Counted from the stretch's first letter, positions 31,288 through 40,777 are shown. The stretch is 64,000 bases of DNA from Promethearchaeota archaeon (GCA_029838195.1 JALGVJ010000007.1:79260-143259); one strand, 5' to 3'. The notes: generated by a model not told the origin, from the letters alone. Program-made: numbers and translations.

Positions 31288-31355
31288 ATATAATTTAATT
31301 GCTAAGAATTTAAGATCTTAAAAGATCAATGCGTGGAACACGAGAGATAAGACGT

Positions 31356-31709
31356 TTATTTTAATCGAAAACGATATTTATTATTGGCTGCTCTCGATAA
31401 TCCAATATAATTGTCCGATATCTTATAATGCATTTCGCCTCCAATTATTTTTTTTTCCACGTAAGCATTAGTTATATCATGATTTAACGAGTGAAACATG
31501 GTTCCCAATGTTACCGGCCCTAAATAATTCCTCTCTCCCTTTTTCTTGGCAATTCTTACTAATTCTGTTTCAGAATGCCACGCACCATCTAATAATGCGA
31601 AAATTAAATCATTTTTTATATTGCTTTTTATATTTTTAAGTTTTTGAAATAAATTCGAATAATTTCCATCAATATTAGCATTTTCCTCTAAATTTTTAAT
31701 ATTTTCCAT
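31356..31709 (-). CDS. small putative winged-helix protein
   Basis: LIFALLDGAWHSETELVRIA...VEKKIIGGEMHYKI helix-helix-helix-wing layout; SD-like GAGGT upstream. Mostly synonymous divergence from its duplicate supports coding. Confidence 0.7.
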   Translation of the reverse strand: MENIKNLEENANIDGNYSNLFQKLKNIKSNIKNDLIFALLDGAWHSETELVRIAKKKGERNYLGPVTLGTMFHSLNHDITNAYVEKKIIGGEMHYKISDNYIGLSRAANNKYRFRLK

Positions 31710-31852
31710 GATTTACCTCGCCTCTTTACACTCATAGTGATCCTTATGAAAATAATTTACATCATTCTTTTAATTTAAGAATATCATCCATGTATTATCG
31801 TCAAGAAAAAGTATAGAACAAGGATTAATTTTTAATCGTTCTGATCATGTGA

Positions 31853-33001
31853 TTACTCTTTTACTAAATCTTCAGGTATTCCTTCATTATAATATTTAGA
31901 TCTCGTAATCCACTTTTGCGCAAATTCCGGAAGGATGCTCAGAATGGAGCCGCCAATCCACACGGAAAAGGTACGCTCTCTAGGAGCAATGATTTTTAGA
32001 TTTTGACTTAATTTTTTATCCCGCATCATTTTTAACTCTAACTCTTGATAGAGCCGTGCTTTTAAATTCTGAAATAAAGAACCGCCCCCAGAAAGAAATA
32101 TATTATTTAAAAGTTCCGGACGTAAATCTACATCGCATGAATTAATAGCATCCATGATTGCAACATGAAGAGGAGGATCTTCCATTTGCATTAAAGAAGG
32201 ATCAAATAATAATTCAGGAATCATGAATCGCTCTTTAGAGAGAGTAAAAATCGAACCATCGGGTAAAGAAAATTTCTTTTTGTATTGTTCACTACGTTTT
32301 AAATCTTGTTTAAAATCTAAAGAAACAAAACTTGCTTTTTCCTTGAGCACGCGCACCAGATCCCGTTGGATGGAAGAATCTACAGAAAGTCCAATCGTTT
32401 TTGAAAGAATATTTTCAGCATGGCGAGTAATGGCACGCCCTCCAACTTTTGAAATGCGAATCGAATGGGTGATTTTATAACTCTTGTAAATCGGAACGAT
32501 TCGAGTACTGCTATCCCCAATTTCAACAACTAATCCCGTCTGAAAGCCACCAGAATATAACGTGAGTAAGGAATCTAACACCGGATAAAATGCCATGCAC
32601 TGATATTTTTCCAAGAAAATTTCAAATAGTCTTTGGAGGTCATTCTTGGGAAATAAAGGGTGAATCGCAAACAATATGTTAAACATCGTAGGATCGATTT
32701 TCAGGTTAAAAAAGATATAATCTAATAATAATTGGAAATGATCCCAATTTGTAATTTTCCCATTATTAATGGGATAAGTGATTTTAAATAACCCTAAGGA
32801 TTGAATTTCATCTCCTACATAATATTGTTGATTTTTGGAGCCATACTCTGCTTGAATATCATGATATTTTGGATGGCCAACAATAGAAGGAAACACTAAT
32901 GAGGGAAAATCCTCAGCAGCAAAACCTGCCTTAGTAGAAAATTGACCAATGTCCAATACGATAGTTAGGGTCGTCATGGTTTCATCACGATTTTCAATCA
33001 T
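31853..33001 (-). CDS. actin-family protein (divergent Asgard actin / ARP-like)
   Basis: IVLDIG...KAGFAAEDFPSLVFPSIVGHPK, YVGDE, LKEK, LPDG, ERFMIPELLFDP, CDVDLR, LSGGGSLF and ERTFSVWIGGSILS. Confidence 0.95.
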   Translation of the reverse strand: MIENRDETMTTLTIVLDIGQFSTKAGFAAEDFPSLVFPSIVGHPKYHDIQAEYGSKNQQYYVGDEIQSLGLFKITYPINNGKITNWDHFQLLLDYIFFNLKIDPTMFNILFAIHPLFPKNDLQRLFEIFLEKYQCMAFYPVLDSLLTLYSGGFQTGLVVEIGDSSTRIVPIYKSYKITHSIRISKVGGRAITRHAENILSKTIGLSVDSSIQRDLVRVLKEKASFVSLDFKQDLKRSEQYKKKFSLPDGSIFTLSKERFMIPELLFDPSLMQMEDPPLHVAIMDAINSCDVDLRPELLNNIFLSGGGSLFQNLKARLYQELELKMMRDKKLSQNLKIIAPRERTFSVWIGGSILSILPEFAQKWITRSKYYNEGIPEDLVKE

Positions 33002-33100
33002 ACATTTAAAATCGCCATTAGAATACTATAATACATTTAACATGGTGCATGAATAAATATATCTTTGTAAGGAGTGCTTTAATGAGATCGTTTCTATAAA

Positions 33101-33838
33101 CTAGATCAATAAAATTTTCAATGGAGTATATGTCGTTTCGGGAATATAAGCTTCGCCATATGCTTTGCCAATTTCATTCCCCCGCAAAATTGCTGTATCT
33201 TCTGCCCAATCTAAGACTCTTTCTAATACCTCCTTTTGAGAGACATAAACTTGATTAAAGATTTCCTTTTTTCGTTCCCAATATTGTTCGATATCCACGA
33301 TTATAAAAACAGAGCTTTCTATATATTGGAATTTACAAGAGGGTGATTCATAATAATATACTCCAAACGGTTTCCAAGATCTTCCATGTCCTCCGTACGC
33401 TTTTCCCGTAGAACAATGATAAATGCTTTCTCGCACGATTAAAGATAAATTTCTATGAACTCTATGAAAATCCGTAAAATGGGGAATTAAAACCACTTGA
33501 GGTTTTCTCTCTCTAATTAAATTGGTAATTCTATCTATTTTATTTCTATTAATTAACAAATCAGAATAACCTAATTCAACAATTTCAGTATTTAAAATAT
33601 CAGACACCAATTTTAATTCACTTTCTCTTGTTTCAATGATGCTCTTTTGTTGATTTGATTTCGCATACCCTCCCAGTCCTGGAGTAGCAATTACAATGAT
33701 AACTTCCGTACCGAGTGCTTGATATTTTAAAATTGTACCCCCACAGGAGATCAACTCGTCATCCGGATGTCCGGCAAAGATCATCATTTTTTTTGGGATT
33801 ACAATGGGAATTTCCTCTTCACACATGATTGTGTTCAT
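33101..33838 (-). CDS. PIG-L/LmbE family N-acetylglucosaminyl deacetylase
   Basis: GHPDDELISCGGT, RESE and DFHRVH motifs. Confidence 0.88.
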   Translation of the reverse strand: MNTIMCEEEIPIVIPKKMMIFAGHPDDELISCGGTILKYQALGTEVIIVIATPGLGGYAKSNQQKSIIETRESELKLVSDILNTEIVELGYSDLLINRNKIDRITNLIRERKPQVVLIPHFTDFHRVHRNLSLIVRESIYHCSTGKAYGGHGRSWKPFGVYYYESPSCKFQYIESSVFIIVDIEQYWERKKEIFNQVYVSQKEVLERVLDWAEDTAILRGNEIGKAYGEAYIPETTYTPLKILLI

Positions 33839-33993
33839 CGTTCCGAACCTCTTAAATGTTCAATCGTTTAATTTACTTCCAGAAAATTTTAGCAATTCAA
33901 GATCCAAGAAAGATAAAGTTTTTGAACCTTCTTGCCATGAGTATTATTAGGTAATCGTGAGGGAAAAAAAATTATAAGATTTAAATTTTTTAC

Positions 33994-35550
33994 TTGGGTT
34001 TATCAATAGTTGATCGATACATTTTTAATTCCATTTGGAATATAAAAAAACTTTATCAAAAAAAAGAGGAACTTCTAATGGCATTAATAAAAAATATAGA
34101 TCAAGAAAAATTACGGGAGAATGCTATAAAGATACCGAAACCTAGTGAGTTCAAGGAGCCTGCTAATATCACGGTTGAATTTTTATCCGTGGCCTTCACG
34201 CGCTTGATCGCGGCTGCTCTTTTCATCCTTTCTGGAATGATTTCCTTATTAGTATTTGGACCAGGTGTGGGCCACCATCAAACGCGATATGGAAATGCGA
34301 TATTCTTGGGTGGACCATCTTTTTTTTACGTGACAGGCTTGCCCGTGTTGATGATCGGAATAGGGTTATTGATTTATTTCATTTTTAGCATTTTCAAGGG
34401 AACATTCTCCAGCTCTGACCATTTTTTATATTTTCAAGAAATACGCCCCCGCTTGCCCCGTTTTACAGAAGTTCCCAAAAATAAAATAGAAGCCTTAAGA
34501 TTCCAGAATAATCAATTAGGGCCAAAATTAACGTGGATAATCATTCTTACTCCCTTTATCGTACTTCAATTACTCACGGGAATACCGTTATTTACAGCAG
34601 AAAGAGCCGCACCCGCCCACGTGTTATCTTGGACTTTTCTCATCATTTCCATTTTAGAAATCATGGCCGTGTATATTCTCGTCATGCATCCTCAAGCATA
34701 TTTTGAATTCGCCAGCGATGAAAAATTGCATGAAATGTGGTTCGCTCCCAGGAAAATGGATGAATTGATGGGAAAATTTCAAGCTTTGTTTAATCTTTCA
34801 ATACCTTCAAAAGAACAGGAAAACCGTCCGGAATTTGCTCCAATTAACGATACTCATATCAGCCTCTTCAGAGTCATCTTGGGAATTTTTTTAGTAGCCT
34901 CTACTTTAATCATGATGTTAGGAATGGTTCTATTCGGCTCTCTTTTCTGGTGGCTAGGATTAATCTATGGAGTTATATTACTTGTAAAAGCAAGATTTCA
35001 CGATTTCAGTGATCCCCATACTGATAAATTTTTCTTCAATGAGCAAGAACGGATATTCAAGTTCTATAAAAAATTCAAGAATAAATTTCACTACATCCTT
35101 GCAACTGATGTTAATTCTGTAAAATTAACACGATGGTTTAGAAGATTAGATTTTTTTGACGTGGGACTCATTGGTGGAATGCTTGTCTCTCTCATATTCT
35201 TACAAGTCGAAGGATGGAAAATTGCAGATTCCACGATCGCCATTCGGGATAATGTTATCAGCACTATTTACATGGGTATTTTAATCTTCTTATTATTCGT
35301 GTTTCTTTGCGTGCCCATTGATGTCGTCGAATTTAAAACGCCAACCATTACCTATCGAATAGAAACTACCCTCAAATCCAAGTCTAAAAAACATTTTCAC
35401 CACTTCCTTGAAGATTTAAAAACGTTACATATCATGCTGAGAGAGCCTCAATTTAAAAGGACATTCCTTCTTCGAATCACCATCATTGGAATTCTCTTGC
35501 TAATAGGACTCAGTTGTAGCTTGATAGAGTTTGATTTTTATCTATTTTAA
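33994..35550 (+). CDS. uncharacterised polytopic membrane protein (likely start ATG 34078)
   Basis: About 9 hydrophobic segments alternating with beta-rich soluble segments; apparent two-fold internal repeat. Confidence 0.7.
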   Translation: MGLSIVDRYIFNSIWNIKKLYQKKEELLMALIKNIDQEKLRENAIKIPKPSEFKEPANITVEFLSVAFTRLIAAALFILSGMISLLVFGPGVGHHQTRYGNAIFLGGPSFFYVTGLPVLMIGIGLLIYFIFSIFKGTFSSSDHFLYFQEIRPRLPRFTEVPKNKIEALRFQNNQLGPKLTWIIILTPFIVLQLLTGIPLFTAERAAPAHVLSWTFLIISILEIMAVYILVMHPQAYFEFASDEKLHEMWFAPRKMDELMGKFQALFNLSIPSKEQENRPEFAPINDTHISLFRVILGIFLVASTLIMMLGMVLFGSLFWWLGLIYGVILLVKARFHDFSDPHTDKFFFNEQERIFKFYKKFKNKFHYILATDVNSVKLTRWFRRLDFFDVGLIGGMLVSLIFLQVEGWKIADSTIAIRDNVISTIYMGILIFLLFVFLCVPIDVVEFKTPTITYRIETTLKSKSKKHFHHFLEDLKTLHIMLREPQFKRTFLLRITIIGILLLIGLSCSLIEFDFYLF

Positions 35551-35586
35551 TTACAAATATTATAATTTGAAAATTGATACATCTAG

Positions 35587-37206
35587 GTGGAAGAATTGAG
35601 AATTAGAAAAAGAAAAACCTTACCAAGACGGAATGCGCTTGTGGTCGTTCTATTTTTCATCCCCGTTCTCTGCGTTTTATCCTATTTAGGACTGTTCATG
35701 TATATTTTATACGATATCTCTTCCTATAACCTCGAAATGCCCCCTCCTAAAACGGAATATTTCTACGATTTGAATGAAATTAATGAAAATACGCTAGATA
35801 AATTAGCCCATACCTATGAATATCAATTAAAATACCATCATTCCCCGGCCTACATTCCTGTCGATGTAACCTTTAAGGATTCTACATATACTTCAATTGA
35901 TTATTGGCACGGAACAGATAATGGGGCTTTACATCTTGGATATGCCCTCGCAGCCGAGTGCCACAGATATAAAGCCGCTTTAAGAGAAGGCGATATAGCT
36001 GAAGCTAATAGAGCCCTCATCATGGTAGAGCGATTTGTAACCGGTTTTAGCTACATGCTAGCAGCGCCAAACGGAGGCATCGGTCCTGATTATCCAGGAA
36101 CACCTGCCCGATTTGTTTGTTCTCCCGAAAACCGAAAGTATCATCCATTCATTTTTGAAGAGCATCCTCGTCATTTCAATGGCACGGGAGAATATAAAGA
36201 TTGGCGAGTGCGATTATATACGTCCCGGGATGAAATTGCCGGTTATTACTTGGGATTTGCTTCCGTATTGAGTTGCATTGATCCTGAACTAAACGAAGAT
36301 AGTAAATGGTGCGTCGATAGGATAAAATTGTTGACAGCTCAACTAATCGAAGGTTTCAAGAATACAAATTGGTTGGTCTTGGGAGGAGAAGGCGAGCCAG
36401 TGGGTTCTGATTTAAATACTTATCTCACGGGAAGCACGTGGCAATTGGCTCTCTTGAGAATCGGTGCCACTGCATATCCAGAAAAATATGAATCCTTATA
36501 TCAATATTGTGCCGCAAAGACGTTATCAGCCAAAAACGCAAATATGGGAAGTCTCAGTAACACCTTATACGATACATATGCTCTTGCCTTTAGCATGGAC
36601 GTAATGTACTCATTAATAATTTTAGAAGATGATCCGGGTTTGCGATATTATTACATTAAGAGTTTTGAAAATGGTTTTTATAATTTCGTGCGATATCATC
36701 GAAATGCATATTTTAATATCATTCATCTCATTTTCATGGAATTATTAAGTGAGTCCGAGCGAGTTGAATTTAATCACGAGGAATACAATGATGATATGGT
36801 AAGATGGGATGTTTTAGATCAATTGTGGCGATTTCAAGCCTCTGGATGGGATGATGGCGTGCGAAATTTAAATTTAAGGCGACGTCCTCATTCGACTCGT
36901 TGGAGCAGCGAGAATCCTGATATTCGGCGGATGGAGAAATTTCCAAGGAGAGATTATTGGGCGAATTTTTTCGAAAATAATAGCATCGGAAACATGTATT
37001 TGGGGATAAAAGACGAATTTGGGTTCGATAAAGAAATGTATAAATATCCGCTAACCATATCGGAATGTGCTCCTCATTATTTTTTATGGGAGCATTCGAA
37101 ATTTTTTGGAATGGGGGCAGATATTCATGGAAATGGTTTGACGCAAGCAGTACCTACGTCGTTTTTAACGGTCTATTGGATGGCGCGAGCGTTTGATATC
37201 ATTTAA
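35587..37206 (+). CDS. membrane-anchored hypothetical protein, probably an alpha-helical toroid enzyme
   Basis: Basic N-terminus followed by one TM helix and a large aromatic-rich helical domain (DNGALHLG, SRDEIAGYYLG). Confidence 0.6.
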   Translation: MEELRIRKRKTLPRRNALVVVLFFIPVLCVLSYLGLFMYILYDISSYNLEMPPPKTEYFYDLNEINENTLDKLAHTYEYQLKYHHSPAYIPVDVTFKDSTYTSIDYWHGTDNGALHLGYALAAECHRYKAALREGDIAEANRALIMVERFVTGFSYMLAAPNGGIGPDYPGTPARFVCSPENRKYHPFIFEEHPRHFNGTGEYKDWRVRLYTSRDEIAGYYLGFASVLSCIDPELNEDSKWCVDRIKLLTAQLIEGFKNTNWLVLGGEGEPVGSDLNTYLTGSTWQLALLRIGATAYPEKYESLYQYCAAKTLSAKNANMGSLSNTLYDTYALAFSMDVMYSLIILEDDPGLRYYYIKSFENGFYNFVRYHRNAYFNIIHLIFMELLSESERVEFNHEEYNDDMVRWDVLDQLWRFQASGWDDGVRNLNLRRRPHSTRWSSENPDIRRMEKFPRRDYWANFFENNSIGNMYLGIKDEFGFDKEMYKYPLTISECAPHYFLWEHSKFFGMGADIHGNGLTQAVPTSFLTVYWMARAFDII

Positions 37207-37353
37207 AAAAAGAATTTAAAAAAACCTTAAATAACTTCCTTTTTTTTTCATTTTCATTTTCATTTTTTATAAATTTATAAGATTTTTGTAATAAAATTTT
37301 TAATTTTTCAAAAGTTTCCTTATTTAAATGAATAAATTTTAATAGAAATTAAA

Positions 37354-38796
37354 TTGGATAAAAAAAATTTAATTTTAACTGCCAGTGGCATTCGGGGAAT
37401 TGCTCATGAAAGTTTAACAATTGATTTTGTGAAAAAATTAGCATGGGCGTTCGGAACGTGGTTAAAGAATGAAGAAAAAACGGTCGTGATCGGAAGAGAT
37501 ACCAGGATTAGCGGAAAACCCTTTGAAGATGCCATTATTGAAGGGTTAACAATAGCACGATGTAAAATTATTAATTTAGGAATCTGCCCGACACCAATCA
37601 TTATTTTTTCTAAGAATCAGTTAAATATAGCCGCAGGCATGATAATCTCCGGATCTCACAATCCCCCAGAATGGAATGGAATAAAATTGCTTCATGGTTT
37701 TACTTTCATTGATGAAAATGAGTTAAATCAAATCATGAATTTAATGGAAAACCATTCATTAAATGCCAATTCGCTGGATTTAAAAAAAAAAGATAAATGG
37801 GTGGTGGAACATTATAATCCAATCCCAGAATACGTGCGTTGGTTATACTTGCATGTGGACGTGAATGAAATTAAGCAAAAAAATCACCTTAAAGTTGCCA
37901 TTGATACCGGAGCTGGGGCAGGAAAACTTATCACCCCCCAATTATTAACCGATTTAGGTTGCGAAGTAATCAAGATCAATAATGAATTCGTGAACGGTAC
38001 CGAATTTCCCCGTAATCAAGAACCCATTGCTAAGAATCTTCAAGAATTGATCGTGAAGGTCATGACTGAAAAATGCGACGTTGGATTTGCCCATGATTGC
38101 GATGCTGATAGATTGGCGATAATTGGAGAGGATGGCACGTGGTACCCCGAAGATACGGGACTCGCCATTATTGCTAACCATTATTTAAAAAATTCTCAAG
38201 AACCTACAAGGAAAATCTTTGTTACAAATCTGGCCTCTTCTATGATGTTTGATGTGATTGCAGAAAAATATGATGCTGAATTAATAAGAACTCCCGTTGG
38301 AGAAAGACATTTAGCCGCAAAAATGCAAGAATTATTGGATAAATACAAAAACGAGCCACACCCCATCTTGATTTTCGGAGGAGAAGGGTCGTGTGGAGGA
38401 ATTATGTTTCCCCCTTTCAATAATGCCCGTGATGGAATCTTTGCCACCGCAAAACTAATTGAAATCTTGACTAAAACGGGTAAATCCATGACTGAACTCG
38501 TGTCCGAATTGCCTAAATTCTATTCCTATAGACAAGTTCTTGAAATAAATAGCACGAAAATCCACCAATTAATACACGAATTAAAAAGTGAGCTCGTGAA
38601 AGAAGGTGAAGATGTGTCTCAACATGGTCTCGATCTTCGCTTCGGAAAAGATAAAGAATGGTTCGTCCTTATCCATCCTTCTAATACCGAACCCGTGATT
38701 AGAGTGATTGCCGAGGCAAAAAGAGAATCACTTGCTCGATTATATTGTGAAACCACCACGGAATTATTAAAAATAATTAATTCTCGTTTAAATTAG
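37354..38796 (+). CDS. phosphohexomutase (phosphoglucosamine/phosphomannomutase)
   Basis: SGIRG, GRDTR, SGSHNP, DCDADR and PSNTEPVIRV. Confidence 0.93.
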   Translation: MDKKNLILTASGIRGIAHESLTIDFVKKLAWAFGTWLKNEEKTVVIGRDTRISGKPFEDAIIEGLTIARCKIINLGICPTPIIIFSKNQLNIAAGMIISGSHNPPEWNGIKLLHGFTFIDENELNQIMNLMENHSLNANSLDLKKKDKWVVEHYNPIPEYVRWLYLHVDVNEIKQKNHLKVAIDTGAGAGKLITPQLLTDLGCEVIKINNEFVNGTEFPRNQEPIAKNLQELIVKVMTEKCDVGFAHDCDADRLAIIGEDGTWYPEDTGLAIIANHYLKNSQEPTRKIFVTNLASSMMFDVIAEKYDAELIRTPVGERHLAAKMQELLDKYKNEPHPILIFGGEGSCGGIMFPPFNNARDGIFATAKLIEILTKTGKSMTELVSELPKFYSYRQVLEINSTKIHQLIHELKSELVKEGEDVSQHGLDLRFGKDKEWFVLIHPSNTEPVIRVIAEAKRESLARLYCETTTELLKIINSRLN

Positions 38797-38863
38797 TTCA
38801 ATATCCTAATTCTAAAAAAGTTTTTAATGAGGTATTTGTAAAAAGATAATAGAGCGAACGAAA

Positions 38864-39628
38864 TCATTCTCCTCTCATTATCTTTTTAAGACGATTCAAT
38901 TCTTCTAACATTTCATCCCTTAAAGAACTTAAACTTCCTCCCGCTTGAGTTGCGCCGGGTGCTGGGGTTACTGCTCCCGGAGGTTTTACTCCTGGTGGGC
39001 CCACAGCGGGAGATTTTGGCGGTCCTGCTGAAGGGGGCTTAGGAGGACTCGTTGCGGAGGGGGCTGCCACGGGCGCCTTTGGAGGAGCTGAAACAGGTGA
39101 TTTAGGTGGTGATGGTGCTGGTGGTCCTGCAGAAGGAGGCTTTGGTGGTCCTGCAGAAGGGGGCTTTGGTGGCCCTGCTGAAGGGGGCTTTGGTGGCCCT
39201 GCAGAAGGGGGCTTTGGTGGCCCTGCGGTTGGAGGTTTGGGAGGCCCCACAACGGGAGATTTTGGCGGTCCTGCTGAAGGAGGCATAGAAGGCCCTTCTT
39301 TTGAAGAGGGAGTTCCAAGTCCAGTAATGAGTGGATTACTTGAAGCTTTCGTAGCAGCTTCTCCACCTCCACTTAATAAATTAAAAAGAGTGCTTGCAGC
39401 TTTTGTTTTAGCTTCTTGAGGTGGTGCTAAGATTTGAGCCGAGGAGCTACTGACAGTCTGTACAGCTTCTTCAGCGGAGATACCTTTTAAATCTTTTTGA
39501 GCTTTATTTATGGATTCGATAAAGTCATTTATGTTTTTGACAGTTTCTTCCAGATCATCAGCCAGTGAGCTAAGTCCTTTTTTTAGAAATGTTAGAACGC
39601 GATTAATTTTTTTTTTCTCAGAGACCAT
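38864..39628 (-). CDS. coiled-coil / proline-rich repeat / C-terminal amphipathic-helix protein
   Basis: N-terminal heptads, SAGPPKPP-type repeats, C-terminal SLRDEMLEELNRLKKI; GGAGG SD-like motif upstream. Confidence 0.85.
   Translation of the reverse strand: MVSEKKKINRVLTFLKKGLSSLADDLEETVKNINDFIESINKAQKDLKGISAEEAVQTVSSSSAQILAPPQEAKTKAASTLFNLLSGGGEAATKASSNPLITGLGTPSSKEGPSMPPSAGPPKSPVVGPPKPPTAGPPKPPSAGPPKPPSAGPPKPPSAGPPKPPSAGPPAPSPPKSPVSAPPKAPVAAPSATSPPKPPSAGPPKSPAVGPPGVKPPGAVTPAPGATQAGGSLSSLRDEMLEELNRLKKIMRGE
39120..39287 (-). repeat. about 7 x 24-bp coding tandem repeat (octapeptide K/MPPSAGPP variants)
   Basis: The unit ggtggYcctgcWgaaggRggcttt is repeated, with synonymous differences between units; related units lie at ~38995-39046. 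Confidence 0.9.
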
Positions 39629-40423
39629 GGTCGGTGCTTTCCTCCGATTGAACTTGAGACGTAATTAATATTAATATAATATTATAGAAATATAAATATT
39701 TCTTATTATACATGATATTCTTTTAGGTATTTAAACCATGATAGTAAGAAAATTTTTGATATTTAATGTTTTTACTCCTGATTTTTAATGATTTAGAAAA
39801 TATACCCCGCTCATGTTTTCAATAATATTTCTTAGGAATTTCCCTTATAGAACAGAATAAACCTAACGGGATTCTCTTAATTAAAATCATTGAGGTGAGA
39901 AAGAGTGAATTATAAATTTGATTTAATTACTTCATGCTTGGAAAAGAAAAGTGAAGTTCCCTATTTCATTCGTATTAGATTCTTAAAATAAATTTAAATT
40001 TGCTACACGCTTAATGATTCCATCAGGAATTAAAAAAAACATTGCCTTTTTTAAAATTAATCATGGGGTTAAGAATTAAACATAAATAATTGGTAAAAAA
40101 AGTTAGACCATTATCTTTTACCCGGTTTATTGAGGATAAAAAATAAAGCAAATCAATATTCCATGAAGCGAGATTTATTAAAAGAAGAGATGGGGCCAAT
40201 TTGAACAATTTGGGAAGAGCCTCATGCTAAAAAAGTTATACTAAAGCAATTAAGTGATGGGTCATGAAAGCCAACGGGAAAACCAAGCCCATGCAAAATG
40301 AAAATAAGCATTTATGGAGGGTATTTAAGAATCTGAGAGAGCTCATACCTAAATATGGTTTAAATAAAAAGCATGCATGCGTGCGTAAAGCTATGGAATT
40401 TATCTTTAAATACCAAACGGCTC

Positions 40424-40570
40424 TTATTTGGTTCGATTTAGAGGCGTATTATATTTTTAAAGGGTTTTATGGTTATTTGGTTCGATTTAGAGGCGTATTG
40501 TATTTTTAAAGGGTTTTATGGTTATTTGGTTCGATTTAGAGGCGTATTGTATTTTTAAAGGGTTTTATGG
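40424..40570. repeat. intergenic tandem repeat, 3 x 49 bp
   Basis: TTATTTGGTTCGATTTAGAGGCGTATTRTATTTTTAAAGGGTTTTATGG at 40424, 40473 and 40522; one mismatch, no spacers. Confidence 0.95.
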
Positions 40571-40777
40571 TTAGAAGAAAATAAATTAATGAAGGAAATG
40601 AAACTTTATTTCCCATAAAATTTTTTAATTTTTGGTATAACCAATAATTAATTTCAATTACTTTATTTCTAATAAATAATAAAAATAATAAAAATTACTA
40701 ATATTATATCATTCAATTCAAATCGAATAAATTTTTTTAAGAAATAATCTTAAATTTTCTTAAGCATAAAAATAAAT

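Noticed and set aside
38986-39419. Overlapping ORFs with QGHQSPLL / ALVALQKG repeats
   Set aside because: These are alternative frames of the 24-bp repeat. Unit differences are synonymous in the proline-rich frame, which also has the start signal.
40264-40509. 81-aa ORF
   Set aside because: It runs into the 49-bp repeat, whose unit length is not a multiple of 3, and has no recognisable motif; probably spurious.
40424-40570. CRISPR array
   Set aside because: The repeats are contiguous with no unique spacers, and there are no cas genes in the window.
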